From Octopus vulgaris (taxonomy: Eukaryota): DNA of 64,000 nt. This document shows, piece after piece, positions 1 to 13,055 of this stretch (within the stretch, counting starts at the first letter, position 1; each line of letters opens with the position of its first letter). The notes below the pieces were generated by a model. The model saw nothing but the letters and a program-made list of their open reading frames with translations, made no database searches and was not told the DNA's origin. Location: contig OX597828.1 in assembly GCA_951406725.2 (NCBI GenBank), positions 55,862,001 through 55,926,000 on the forward strand. Direction: 5' to 3'. A program made the position numbers and the translations under genes.

Positions 1-3
1 TCA

Positions 4-64
<61 letters not shown>

Positions 65-482
65 GCTATCTATGATATATATACATACATATATACATAC
101 ATACATAGATACATACATACACACATATTTATATATATTCGAAAATATGGGGGTTTAATACACAGGTGTTGTAAACGATTAGGTACGCTAGGTAAGTGCT
201 TTAATGGATTACTAGGGCTCCATGCTTATAGCCGAGACGGTAGTTATGGAGCCAATGCAGATTTCCGATATAACGGATATATAATTTCTAACTAGGACAG
301 CAAACGTTAAGGCAAGGTAAACATCTCAAGTCATAGACATTATTATTATTATTATGGGAAATAAAATTGAACTTTGAACTTTTATGCTTTTTTTTCTTCT
401 CTTTCTTCCTCTCCTTATTCACTTATCCCTGTCCTCTATGTCGTCATTTCATTAATCTATACACTTCTCGTTTTCCCTATTT

Positions 483-537
483 GTCTCCGATGACGGAATA
501 TCCCATACTCTGGGATATCTCAGAAACAGCTCAAAGA
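483..537 (+). ncRNA. Degenerate minimal hammerhead-like motif (PLE terminus)
   Basis: tct-CCGATGA-...atatccca tactc tgggatat...-GAAACAGCTC-aaaga; lies just upstream of a (TA)n tract. Confidence 0.45.
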
Positions 538-598
538 GTTTGAAATTTTTTCCAATAACAATTTTTGCCTCGTCTTAACGTTTGTTGTCCTCTTTGAC

Positions 599-661
<63 letters not shown>

Positions 662-2269
662 TGTATGTATATGTAACACCTTCTAATGCATCTAAGTGAT
701 AAAGTCATCGACGGTGCTCAATAGACAGCTCCATATTAGGATATTTTTAGTTGCAACAGTTGTTTGCAGGAGAATGTGGCACAAAATGTTAAACACACAG
801 AAAAATAAAGAAAAGTATTTCAGTGATAGTTTTTAATTCAAAATCTCCGTGACTTTGCTTATTGCTTCTTCGTTTAATTGCGAGTTCCACGTTAATTTTA
901 TTTGCGATTGTCATTGGCGTATGAAACACATAGTGGAGTATTTGGTCAATATAAATTGGTTCGAAATCCTGCTCCTTTTATAGAATGTCCTATGTAATTA
1001 TCAACGTTTGTTAAGTCCAAGTAAACCTGTGATAGAAACCATATAAAACATCACCAGGGAATATGTAAGTGTATAAGGTAACATGGCTGTATGAAGAGAT
1101 CCTTTCCATTGTGAAGCAATTTGCAATAGATATGTACACTGAGTATGCCATCCCACCACCAAAAATATTGTCTTTTCTAGGCTACCAAGTTTTGGTAAAT
1201 TACCATAGCTGACCAATGTTTTTAAAATATAGAATTTTCACTTTCCAAAATCAAATCAAATTTGAATGCTGCATTCTTCATTTTCTTTTCTTGTCGTTTT
1301 CATGATATTTTTATGTTTAATACAACCCAAAAGAAACCAAAATTCTTCGATGACGGCTATTCCCTTGCATTTTACTATCTCTAGTTAAAGGTGATTGGAG
1401 CCGAAGTGCACAAAACATTTTACTTTTTGGTATATAGCATAGATTGCTTTCAGAAGCCTATTTATTTCATCACAGATGATAGAGCAACACTCATATCATT
1501 ATCTACATAATTTGACAGCTGGTATGTCCCAATCTTTAACATTTCAGTTATTGTATTTGTTATTGTCTTCATATTTGTTTGAGCAACTCCCACAAGTTCT
1601 TTTTCTTCGTGTCAATTTAAAGGAAAGCAAATAGCTAGTTATGATTTAGTAGATGCATCTGTGTTTTATTGGCCTTCATTCACTTCAGGTTAGCTACAAA
1701 TATTGACTGAATTTCTTCTGCACTAAGACTGGTAAATGTATTTTGCATTTGTGGTGATAAACACATTCTATTGTTTTTATATTTCTTCAAATATTTTCAA
1801 AATTGGGATAAAACACAATTTTCCACTCCATGAAATCATGAAAGTTTCTTAAATCTCTGTCAACCTGCAGTTAATTAATTCAAAGCACACTAAGCAGCAA
1901 TGAGTAAAATAAACATCTTTACGTTTGTAATTAACACATCCGTGTACATTCAATTGGAGAAAGGCTTTTGTCAGCAAATATACTTTTTGCTGTTTACATA
2001 TAAGAACAAAATACCTTAGTCAAATGTGAACGACTTCTTCGGTGCCTGTAACTGATAATGCGTAGCCATGCATAAATACCAACCTTATAGTGTTTTCACA
2101 CATAATCTACTAAAATAATTTCTCCTCCGAAGCAATTATTGAGGAGAAGGTCTTACTGTGTCTGAGTGAATACCAGTGTGTTAAATATAAAGGTTTTTGT
2201 AAATTTTCGAGTTCCTCTACAATACATGGTCAACAAAGTTTTTGATCAATTGGATAGGTACGTGCAATA

Positions 2270-2700
2270 TTGGTTTTTAAAGTTTGGCACAAGGCTAGGA
2301 ACTTTGGCGGAGTTGAGTAAGTCGATTAGATCACCTCAGTGCTGAAGTGGTACTTAATTTATCAACTTCTAAAGGATGAAAGGCAAAGCCAACCTTGACG
2401 GAATTTGAACTCAGAACGTAAAAACAAACGAAAAGCCGCTAAGCATTATGTCAAACATCCTAACCATTCTGCCAGCTCCCCACTTTAAGTATGTGAATTA
2501 TTAGTTTCACATCTTGGTATAATGCCAGTAATTTTGGGGGTAGAGTAAGTCAATTACGATGAGCCTAGTCCTTAACTGGTACTTATTTTATCGACCTCAA
2601 AAGAATGAAAGGTATTTGAACTCAGAACATTAAATCAAAAGAATTACCACTAAGCCTTTTTACCGGCACGGTAACGATTCTACCAACTCGCCGTCTACTG
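2270..2700 (-). mobile_element. Two degraded family-B SINE copies
   Basis: Reverse complement of gagctggcagaat...ttctgagttcaaatt...ctttcatcc...gataaa(tt)aagtacc seen twice. Confidence 0.75.
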
Positions 2701-3325
2701 TACGTGGATTATTAAAAGCATTATTTCCTTGTTTTGTCTAAACTGCTACTATAAGTGTACAATTTTTTTCTATAGACAGAGTTTTCCTTAGCTAAATAAA
2801 ACATTTGCACATTGCTGATTGCACTGGTTTCATATTTGATGTGTTTTTTTGCGTTATTGGTAATTATATCACTTTTATCACCTGAAGTATTTTTCCAATC
2901 ACAGAATGAAACAGTTGTAAATTCTCATTAGCTGATAGCTAAGCACGAAACGTAACACAATTTGTGCAATACGCTTCACCAGCTTCAAGTGAATTTCTTA
3001 AGCACCGAAATTCAATTTCTCATGCTTGCAAATATATGCACTAATTGATAACTTTTGAAAACATAAAGTTGCTTGGAAGACACAGAATGGTTGACAAAAA
3101 GTGGAATTCTTTCAGTTTTTGCTAAATGAATTTATTTCAACTTAACGAATGAAGAAAACAGAATCAACTTAGCCATCGGTAAATTAATGGTATTTAGACT
3201 TCAACTTGCATTCTACTTTACTCTTGTTCAAATTATCATCAACAAACTCAACAGGTAAAAGTACATGGTTATCGTGTAGAGGTAGTGTTATAAAATATGC
3301 ATATAAGCAATCAGCAGCAGCAGTA

Positions 3326-3719
3326 GAGGCGCAATGGCCAATTGGTTAGGGCAGCGGACACGCGGTCGGGGTATCGCGGTTTCGATTCCCAGACCGGGCG
3401 TTGTGTGTGTTTATTGAGCGAAAAGATCTAAAGCTCCTCGAGGCTCCGGCAGGGGGTGGTGGCGACCCCTGTTGTACTCTTTCGCTCCAACTTTCTCTCA
3501 CTATTTCTTCCTGTTTCTTGTCCCCGACTTTCTACGTAACCGCTGAGTCTGGATGCGCATTCATCCATCCGTCGATGTACTCGGTGTCGGGGGTTGACCT
3601 GCTTTCTCTTCTGCGGGTCTTACGAATAACAAAGGACCACGTTTCGGACTTCTCCCACTACAGAGGCGCGATCTTGCGAGCTCTGGGACGAGGACCGCTT
3701 CGCTCAACAAACAAACAAA
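3326..3719 (+). mobile_element. tRNA-derived SINE, family A
   Basis: A box tggccaattgg, B box ggtttcgattccc, (caaa)n tail; 15-bp TSD caatcagcagcagca (3308-3322 / 3720-3734). Confidence 0.9.
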
Positions 3720-3884
3720 CAATCAGCAGCAGCAAATTTGAAACGATAAATGTTTATTAGCACACATATTACTTCGGAGAAGAATGATATTTTTGCAGAG
3801 TTACATATATTAGGAATTCCTCTGACATCACAACGGAAAATTCATTGCAATTGCTATTACATTTCTCGTCTTCTAATATTTTAG

Positions 3885-3971
3885 GTTCGTACGCCGGAGC
3901 AGTATTGGGGATGCCTTTGTCAGGCCTTCTCACGCAATATTTAGGTTGGCGCTCAGGCTTCTATTGTTTTG
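3885..3971 (+). CDS. VGLUT: VGLUT internal coding exon (first exon in window, 87 bp)
   Basis: ttttag|GT...TTT G|gtaagt; translates (G)[28 protein letters not shown](G), matching the SLC17 GSYAGAV..MPL.G.L motif; phase 1/1. Confidence 0.95.
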
Positions 3972-4509
3972 GTAAGTATATGCTTTAAAATATTAAATAA
4001 CACATACATGCATACACAGCTACAACTCCCCAACACGCATACACACGCGCACAAACGATTTAAACATTTGTCGCGACGATAGTCATTTTGAGATTATAAA
4101 CATTCTACGCATGCGTACTAAGTAATTTTGCTCCTTAAATATATGAAAGTCTAAACTCAGATGACGAAGTACACGGAAAATGCTTCAATAAATTACAAAT
4201 GAGACAAATTTAAGTTTAACCGAAATATCCTTTTTGATACTCACCAACCATAGGCCGGAACCACAGAGATTATCCAATTCTACCTGGTGCATATCTTTTC
4301 AAGTGCCTGGTTCGATCTGAATCCTTATTTTTGTGTTTATATATATACATGTGTGTGTGTGTGTGTATGTGTGTGTATTTTTATGTGCCTGTTTCTCTAT
4401 AAACCTTGCTCTGTATATGTTCGCCAGTTTGCTTTTCTGAAAACTGATCTAATTATCTCACTTTATATTTATTCATTCATATATTTAATTCTCAATCACA
4501 TTTTTGTAG

Positions 4510-4640
4510 GTATGATGGGTATAATTTGGGGTATATTGTGGTACCTGCTATCTCATGAAAGGCCATCAACACACCCTCATATAACAAAAGAAGAGCGACA
4601 TTATATAGAATCGAGCATAGGAGAACCTGCAGTTGCTATT
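4510..4640 (+). CDS. VGLUT: VGLUT coding exon (131 bp)
   Basis: ttgtag|GT...ATT|gtaagt; (G)MMGIIWGILWYLLSHERPSTHPHITKEERHYIESSIGEPAVAI (P..HP.I..EE..YIE.SIG motif); phase 1/0. Confidence 0.95.
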
Positions 4641-4754
4641 GTAAGTAAAATTATAGAATTTCTGTTTTAGCTTTCTCTCTCACTTTCTCTCTCTCACGCT
4701 CTCCATTTCTCTTAATTTCGTCTTTCTCTGTCTTTATACATCCGCTACATATGT

Positions 4755-5275
4755 GGAAATCGGTGTGTGTTTGTTTGTGGCGCTGTCAGCTAACTCCTCC
4801 TACATCGTTTTATTGATTTTGATGAAACTTGAAACGTGAGTAGAACTCATGTCTGGAAACTTCGTGACATAGATTGTTGAAAAAATCCATAATACGGCCC
4901 CTGGAAGGGACCTTTATATCTACCTCATATAACTAATCTTTTTTAAACACCCAAGGGAAATAACCTATAGCACCTGTACAAATTTTTTTATATACTCAGG
5001 GGAAATAACTCATTTCATTGTTTATGTTCGATTACTTTGAATATTGATTTTTTTGTGTGTCCTATTTTAAATTTTTGCCGACATTATCACTTTTATACTT
5101 TATTTGACACGTGAGTAGACCTCATGACTGGAAATCACGTGACATACTTAGATTGCTGAAAAAAATCGTTAACTAGGCCTTTCCAATGGATCATTCTATC
5201 TAATACAAATTACAAATATTTTATTTAAATAACCCAAAGGAAATAACCCATACCACCTGTAGATTTTAGCAAAGC
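4755..5275 (+). mobile_element. Helentron/HINE-like non-autonomous element with two ~275-bp core repeats
   Basis: gtttgtttgt...ctaactcctcctaca...gattttgatgaaacttg head, then imperfect direct repeat cgtgagtagaactcatgtctggaaac...ggaaataacc (about 4830-4980 and 5105-5262). Confidence 0.5.
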
Positions 5276-5399
5276 ACTCAATATTTGATTCTCACGATCA
5301 ACCGACCTAATTCTGCCTTTCACTACTCACAGTTTTGAACTGCTAAACATTATTATTGCACTTCCTTAATTTGAATCTTAAACCTTAAAGACTTCATTC

Positions 5400-6340
5400 A
5401 TACATTTCTATACATACATAATTTTTTTAACTGCCCATTATTCTGATAATTCTGCATTTTTACTGTTACACTTTTTCCATCACAGTTGATTAATTTTCTA
5501 TTCCACACCGTATTTGTAGTAGCTTCATGCAGGCATAGCGTGGATTTGATCCCCGATTGCCAAATTTCACTTAACACTTCAACAGTGCTTTTTTCACGGT
5601 AAAACAATATTTTTTCTGTGAATGACAGCAGTTAAACATTTCCCAGATACTCCAGATCTTATGAAAGCCTGCTTCCTCTTTCGGCTGTCGGTGGTCGAGT
5701 TGTTTGGATAGTCAGGTAACTATGATCTTTGTCAAAAGCATATAGAGCTGAGACGAGAGACATATGGGGCGATAGTTTTTTTTAATCTGCTCCATCATCC
5801 TTCTTCTGAAGCAGGATAGTATCTGACTCTTTCTCTACACTGAGGGTATTTTACCTTCCTTTAGATAACAATTGGAGCGCAGAACGAAGATTTGCCACCG
5901 ATCTTCACTGCCACATTTTAACATCTCTGTTGTAACGACATCTTCCACCGGAGCTTTGTCTCTTTTCATCAGTTTGGGGGGCGTTTTCAATTTCACTGAT
6001 CATAAAAGTGGGACTACTTCCAGCATTTGTGAAGGTGTGGGATTGAGCTTCTCTAACGATTTAAGAAGGTTGGTGTAGAAGTTTTTGCATTCTTCTTTTA
6101 TCTTCCCTTTGTTTAACCCCGAGAGCCCATCCTCATTCTTAATTACTGATACATCTCACCTCTGAAGTGTCAACCTTCTCTTGCATATTCTTAAACTTTA
6201 CGTTTCCTTTGCACCCTGCATCAATTTCTTCAGTTTATAATTCTCCAAATCGTTTCTTAGATCTCATTTGATTGCTTTGCAAAGAACAGAATACTCAGAA
6301 CAAAATCTCTCGCTACAGTTCATTTAAATATTCAAGCGTT
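5400..6340 (-). pseudogene. Decayed non-LTR retrotransposon (RTE-like LINE) RT N-terminal region
   Basis: Minus strand gives MKRDKAPVEDVVTTEMLKCG...KEGKIPSV*...ILLQKK...KNYRPICLSSQLYMLLTKII...LDHRQPKEEAGF with stops and frameshifts. Confidence 0.85.
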
Positions 6341-6589
6341 TCTGACAATCATCCGCCCCAATCTGGTTTCTGGTTTAGTTTCTCTCTACCACAGTAACCG
6401 GCATATGAAATAAAATGTGTTTTCTTATATGTACAATTACAAGAGGTATGACAATGACTTCGAAGTATGTGTGTTTGTCAGTGCATGAACGTATATGAAT
6501 ATATCACACATAACTATAGTGTGAATACCGATTTCATTATGTCTATTAATGATTATAATTCATCTCTTTTCTTCGTTTCCTCTATACAG

Positions 6590-6742
6590 ACTACGTATAA
6601 TACGCCATGGAAGAAATTCTTTACGTCTAAACCAGTCTACGCTATCATGGTTGCTAACTTTTGTCGTAGTTGGACATTTTATTTATTAATTATTGAACAA
6701 CCGACATACTTCAAAGAAGCGTTCCGTTTTAATGTATCTCAG
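6590..6742 (+). CDS. VGLUT: VGLUT coding exon (153 bp)
   Basis: tacag|ACT...CAG|gtaagt; [51 protein letters not shown]; [12 protein letters not shown] is the VGLUT TM7 signature with the substrate-binding Arg. Confidence 0.97.
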
Positions 6743-6825
6743 GTAAGTTTAATTTGTATTTTCTTCAAATTAAATTTTCCCAACCTTTATAAAACTAAGA
6801 ATTGAAGACAAGTAAACGCATTGTT

Positions 6826-6845
6826 GATTATTATTATTATTATTA

Positions 6846-6894
<49 letters not shown>

Positions 6895-6908
6895 CATCAT
6901 CATCATCA

Positions 6909-6981
<73 letters not shown>

Positions 6982-7040
6982 CATCATCATCATCATCATT
7001 ATTATTATTATTATTATTATTGTCATTATTATTGTTATTA
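6826..7040. repeat. (ATT)n/(ATC)n compound microsatellite
   Basis: Direct read; source of the poly-I/N/Y ORFs. Confidence 0.95.
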
Positions 7041-7042
7041 AG

Positions 7043-7482
7043 ACGGCGAGCTGGCAGAATCATTAGCACGCTGGACGAAATGGTTAGCGGTATTTCACCC
7101 GTCGCTATGTTATGAGTTCAAATTCCGCCGAGGTCGACTTTGTCCTTCATGCATTTGGGGTCGATAAATTAATTACCAGTGAAACACTGGCGATAATGTA
7201 ATCGACTCATCCCCTCTCCCAAAGTGGCTCCTCTTGTGGCAAGATTTGAAGCCATTATTATTATAGTTTTTTTAAGGTAGTGAGCTGGTAGAATCCTTAA
7301 TGCGCCGGGCAAGATGCTTAGCTGAAATTAGTCCGTCTCTACTTTTAAATTCAGCTAAGGTGGACTTTGCCTTTCGTCTGTTTCGGGGTCGATAAAATAA
7401 ATACCAGTTGAGCACTGGGGTCGATGTAATCGACATTTCCCCCTACATGAAAATGTTGGGTTTGTGCCAAAATTTGAAACAA
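7043..7482 (+). mobile_element. Two family-B SINE copies
   Basis: gcgagctggcagaatc...gagttcaaattccgccgaggtcgactttg...ggggtcgataaa...tacca. Confidence 0.85.
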
Positions 7483-7789
7483 TTGTCATCATCATCATCA
7501 TCATTATTATTATTATTATTATTATTATCATTATTATTTTTGCTGTTGTTATTATTATTATTATTACTATCTTATTCTTCCAACGTACATCCAACCAGCT
7601 TACACAGACGGCAACACCAACCTCCCAGCAATCCCAATATAATAAATAATAATTATAATACTGATTTAATTAATAACATTAATAACACTAATAATTTCTA
7701 CCAATCAAATTACAGTAAACATTTTTTAGACCGAGTGGAGAGAAACAGTGACAAACGTTGGGGGAAAAAACTTACATGTGAAACCCAAA

Positions 7790-8345
7790 GTAATAAATTT
7801 ATCAACGAAAACTCTCTCTGCAACAAAAATTTGTATACTAGCTAATGGATTAAAGTTTACTCCGACACTACGAAGATCTAACCATAATGAAATTAAGGAT
7901 AATATTCCGTAATTCTGCAGGAAACAACTCACAGAAGTACTAACCGATTACAACAACGAAGATGAGTCACTGGTTAAAAACAAATGTAATTACCTTCCAC
8001 ATAAACGCTAGATGATTTCTGCGACCATATCCAAAATTATCCATATACTTTCCATAAACGAAAAATTAATTCGACCCTCAACAATCTAGAACGGTAAAAT
8101 CTGATTGAACTACAAAACGACAAAGACCTGACAATTAAAGAAGCAGACAAAGGAAGTGCTGTAGTCCCGATGGACACACAATACTATAAAAACTTAGTAT
8201 TATCCATACGAGAAAACGATGGCTTCTACGAAAACATTTGTAAACTATAAACAACATATAACAATGAAAAATCTTGCATCCTTAATACTTCTACATGGAA
8301 AAGGCCTGGCAGAAAAAGAAACAGACTACATCAGGATCTTCAAAT
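7790..8345 (+). pseudogene. Penelope-like element ORF N-terminal remnant (DKG domain)
   Basis: LANGLKFTPT (7838-7867) and LIELQNDKDLTIKEADKGSAVVPMDTQYYK (8101-8190), the conserved PLE N-terminal motifs; stops and frameshifts present. Confidence 0.85.
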
Positions 8346-8662
8346 AACAACTTGTCTGCCGATCTACTCATAATTAAAGCTGCCTTTGGTTCCCATCAGA
8401 GTTACTTAACGAGTCATAAATAAATTATTAATTTTGACCTATTTAGCTAATAATTTACACTTTTGATTTTTATTTTTATTTATTTATTTTAGTATGTTTA
8501 TGTCTTGTGTGTATTTGAATCTTCTTGTTCCTCTTTATCAAGGGAATGCTAAAAGTAGAAAATGCGTATAAAACATATTGATGATACAGCAATGATCTCA
8601 AAGCCACTGCAGATGTGCAAGCCAGACAACTGGATCATATGAAATATTTATATACCAATATA

Positions 8663-8825
8663 TAGGCACAGGCATGGCTGTGTGGTAAGAAGTTTGTCTC
8701 CCAAACACATGGTTCTGGGTTCAGCCCCACTGCGTTGCATCTTGGGCAAGTGTCTTCTACTATAGACTCGGACCAACCAAAGCCTTGTGAGTGGATTTGG
8801 TAGACGGAAGCTGAAATAAGCCTGT

Positions 8826-8880
<55 letters not shown>

Positions 8881-9060
8881 AGATATGTGCGTGTGTGTAT
8901 TTGTGTGCTTGTGTTTATGTTCCCATAACTTAGCGGTTCGGTTAGAGGCACCGATAGAATAATTACGAGGCTTACAAAGAATAAGTCCTGGTGTCGATTC
9001 CTTGATTAAAGGCACTGCTCTAGCATGGCCGCAGTGAAATGATTGAAACAAGTAAAAGAG
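8663..9060 (+). mobile_element. SINE family C with internal (TA)n/(TG)n
   Basis: ggctgtgtggtaagaag...cttgggcaagtgtcttc...ccgatagaat...catggccgcagt...gaaacaagtaaaaga. Confidence 0.85.
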
Positions 9061-9062
9061 TG

Positions 9063-9133
<71 letters not shown>

Positions 9134-9152
9134 GTGTGTGTGTGTGTGTGTG

Positions 9153-9433
9153 TGGAGGCGCAATGGCCCAGTGTCTAGGGCAACAGACTCGCGGACGTAA
9201 GATCGTGGTTTCGATTCTCAGACCGGGCGAAAATACTTAGAGCTCCACGAGGCTCCGACAGTAGGTGTTGGTGATCCCTGCTGTGCTCTTTCACCACATC
9301 TTTCTCTCACTCTTTCTTCTGTTGGCCTCCTCGATTAGCCAGCAGGGTGGCGTCACTGATGGCTAAAACAATGTGAAGTGCATTGTAACCAGCGATGTGT
9401 AGCAACATCTGGTGGCCTGGCCGGGTACATGAT

Positions 9434-9440
<7 letters not shown>
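9153..9440 (+). mobile_element. SINE family A
   Basis: ggaggcgcaatggcccagtg...ggtttcgattctcagaccgggc head; body differs from the 3326 copy. Confidence 0.85.
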
Positions 9441-9513
<73 letters not shown>

Positions 9514-10326
9514 GTAATAAGAGATTATTATTTACATTTTACTTTATTCTTCATCTAACTTACACAAAGGTGTTACCGTCGTGAAACCATGATTTCTGTA
9601 TTGATCTGCAACCCGACAGTGTTGACAACCCAGTGCTCAGGCTGAATAGTTCTTCGGAAATACCCTAACTTTGTACCTTACCAGGATCTAAAACACACAC
9701 ACACATACACATAAATATACTAAGGGCTTAATTCAGTTTCTCTCTACCAAATCCATTTATAAAGCTTGGTTGGCCCCGGACTATATTAAATATATTCGCC
9801 CCAAAACGTATGGTTTAAAGCAAACTTCTCACCACAGTGAAACCTGCGTATAATATTTATATGCATTCAAACAGAAATATACACGGATAGAGACACACCA
9901 TAGTTACACATAGCTGAGCATACACAAATGCATACGTTCTTTGTCCTTGTGTATGTGAGTGTTTCGGTATGGCAGCGTGAGTTTGCAGATGTTAAAGTTT
10001 GTAAGAGTGTACTCATTGTACGCGCATGCATTAACAGACACGGCCATCACCGAAGATATTCGGTTTCAGGCTAATGATTGATGACAAGATTCTGTGTAGA
10101 GTTATTGACTACGGTTAATATCTGAGAATACTCTATCACTGAGAATAATATCCATCAGCGATATCTGATACTTTGATGATGCTTGATACTGATAACCAAA
10201 TATATTTTAATCTTCCAACAAACACCTACTTTAGCGAGTATTTGTTTTATATACTTATACACATGCGTGTATACATTTACATACACACACCGGATATTCA
10301 TGCATTATATATACATTATATATATG

Positions 10327-10384
<58 letters not shown>

Positions 10385-11586
10385 TGTGTGTGTGTGTGTG
10401 TGTGAGTGTGCATGTGGTAGGGACGTTGCTTTTACATATGGGGTGTTTTAACCATCTGAATCTGGTGTGGCCAATTCGTATCTATCTATGATCAAAGCTG
10501 ATATGTGACTCCGGGAGAGAGAGAGAGAGAGACAGACAGACAGAGAGACAGAGACAGAGATAGACAGAGACAGAGAGAGAGACATGGTGAGATAGAGAGG
10601 GAGAGAGATCGTGAGAGACAGAATCAGGCAGGGAGAGAGAGAAAACGTTGATCCAAAACTGGATTCTTGTTGTATTCAAATATCCCGAAGACGAGAAAGC
10701 AAGATTCATAAAACCAAGTTTACTATAATGGTATTCGAGTTCAGAGCGGTGAGAGCCGCGGCGAATACACACCGTAATTCAATGAATCAGACACGCTAGC
10801 GCCTGTACCAATTGACCTTGTGACGTGCACACACATATCCATACATGCACATAAGCACACACACACACACACACACACAGAAGCTTACTCAAGTATACAC
10901 TTACACGCTCATGCATACCGCGCATATCCAAACTTATGACCAGTACTATAACACATATGCGCACTCATACACGCACGCGTGCACACACAAACACACACAC
11001 ACACGCGCGTGTACACACACACACACATTGTGTAACTGGAATTCTCTTGCAATAGTAATGTAAAATACTTATTGGCTAAAATTGTAACAGCCAATCAAAA
11101 TTGGATTGCAATAATAATATATAAGCAAATTTCATATGCGTACATTGCCATAAAACATATATCCCATGAGAAATCATTGTCAGAATTAATTTGAGCTGGA
11201 AATATTTAATGGCTTTTTAATAACTGTGAGCAGCGACCTTTCTATTCGCTGGAATCTAAAACTACATTTCTGAGGTTAAAGCCTGTTATTTAAAAATTTG
11301 AAAATAACCTTGCGATTATATGAAAGCATAGAGCATTGATGTGACCCTCATTCTGTTTCTGCAGATGAGCCAGTGACAGAGGCCTTACAGATTCAATCAT
11401 TCAGCCAGTGAGAAATGACAGTTACATCTTTCAATCATGTACTGTCGGTGCAGAAAATGAATGTCACTTTGAATAATATAATTTTGCGTATAATGCTTCG
11501 AAATAAATGATGGAAGAGAATCAGAGCAGGAAAGCCTTTGGTCATTGTCATACCCTGTTAGTGGTCAGTCCTCAAAATTTTGTATA

Positions 11587-11648
<62 letters not shown>

Positions 11649-12249
11649 AGATGAAATTTGAAATTTTATAGATATGTGTCATTATGCCTGTGCGCACGCC
11701 TACCAATTTTTTTTCCACTCTAATTTTCAATGGAATTCTAATGTGCAACAATTGAAAGTTATTTGCAGAAAATTATATAAAGCATATCCATTTTTTTCTC
11801 AAAGTTATGAGGAAAAAAATTTAGGGATGAACACTTGTATAGTTGTGCTCATGGAAGCTTCCCCTGGTAGAGTATGGTGGCAAACGCAAAGGACACTGAA
11901 CCATTGTAGTAGTAATAATAGAAGAGAGAGAGAGAGAGAAAATGAGAGAGAGAGAGAAAATGAGAGAGAGAGAAAATGAGAGAGGGAGAGAGTTAAAGAG
12001 AGAGGGAGAGAGGAAAAAAGCAGAGAGAGAGAGAAAGAGGGAAGGCGGTTATAACACGTTGATGCAGTTGTAACTATAACCTATCGATTACTGATTACTT
12101 GTAATTTAATCGGATTATCTTTCTGTTGACACCTTGGTTGTGTTCGTGCGCGCGCGTGTGTGATAGTGAGCTCAGAATCCGTGTCTTTACGGAAAGTTAG
12201 AAGTCTTGCGGGATGAAGTAGTCTGTGATCTCTTCATTGAGGCTGTAAA

Positions 12250-12455
12250 GGCGGTGAACTGGCAGAATCGTCGGAAAAATGCTTTGCGAATTTCTTTGGA
12301 ATCATTACATTCTGAGTTCAAATCTCATCTAGGCAGACTTTGCCTTTTACCCTTACGTGGTCGATAAAATAAATTCCAAGTGAAGAGAGGGATCGATGCA
12401 ATCGACTAATTCTCTGCCTCCAAATTTCCGTCCGTGTGCCCACACTTGAAAGAAT
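12250..12455 (+). mobile_element. Degraded family-B SINE
   Basis: ggcggtgaactggcagaatc...ttctgagttcaaat...gtcgataaaat. Confidence 0.75.
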
Positions 12456-12481
12456 ATATGTGTGGGTGTGTAAATGTATGG

Positions 12482-12555
<74 letters not shown>

Positions 12556-12577
12556 ATACACCTAAAACACACATACA

Positions 12578-12650
<73 letters not shown>

Positions 12651-12656
<6 letters not shown>

Positions 12657-12972
12657 CAAAATAAAAACATGATGCAAAGGATTTAGCAGTACATATGTTT
12701 CGGGCCTTTATTAGACGGTTTATAACAATGCATAATTGATGTAAATGTGTGTCTATAGCCTTCTTGTACGCGGCTGAAGAAGGCTATAGACACACATTTA
12801 CATCAATTATGCATTGTTATAAACCGTCTAATAAAGGCCCGAAACATATGTACCGCTAAATCCTTTGCGTCATGATTTTATTTTGATAAATATACTCTAT
12901 CACCTACACCACTAAATGGTATATACAGGTGCTTACAATTATCAAGAATTTACCCTGATTTTTTGTACCCAA

Positions 12973-12975
<3 letters not shown>
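12651..12975 (+). mobile_element. (TA)n-embedded palindromic PLE-terminus-like element, copy 1
   Basis: Arms 12651-12765 / 12777-12891 (115 bp, 3 mismatches, 11-nt loop), flanked by (TA)n on both sides. Confidence 0.8.
12770..12856 (+). ncRNA. Type-I minimal hammerhead ribozyme motif
   Basis: GCGG-CTGAAGA-aggc.tagac...gtcta...gccc-GAAA-C-ATAT-G-TA-CCGC; stem I GCGG/CCGC; palindromic stem III ACATATGT; one A.C mismatch at the base of stem II. Confidence 0.65.
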
Positions 12976-13049
<74 letters not shown>

Positions 13050-13055
13050 GTGTGT

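Noticed and set aside
3326-3400. tRNA-like sequence with A and B boxes (also 9153, 25449, 38414)
   Set aside because: These are SINE heads: they continue into repeat bodies, several have TSDs, and no clean acceptor stem is evident.
1-3884. Preceding VGLUT exon (expected GVTYPACHG...WAPP.ERS motif)
   Set aside because: Not found by eye; presumably upstream of the window.
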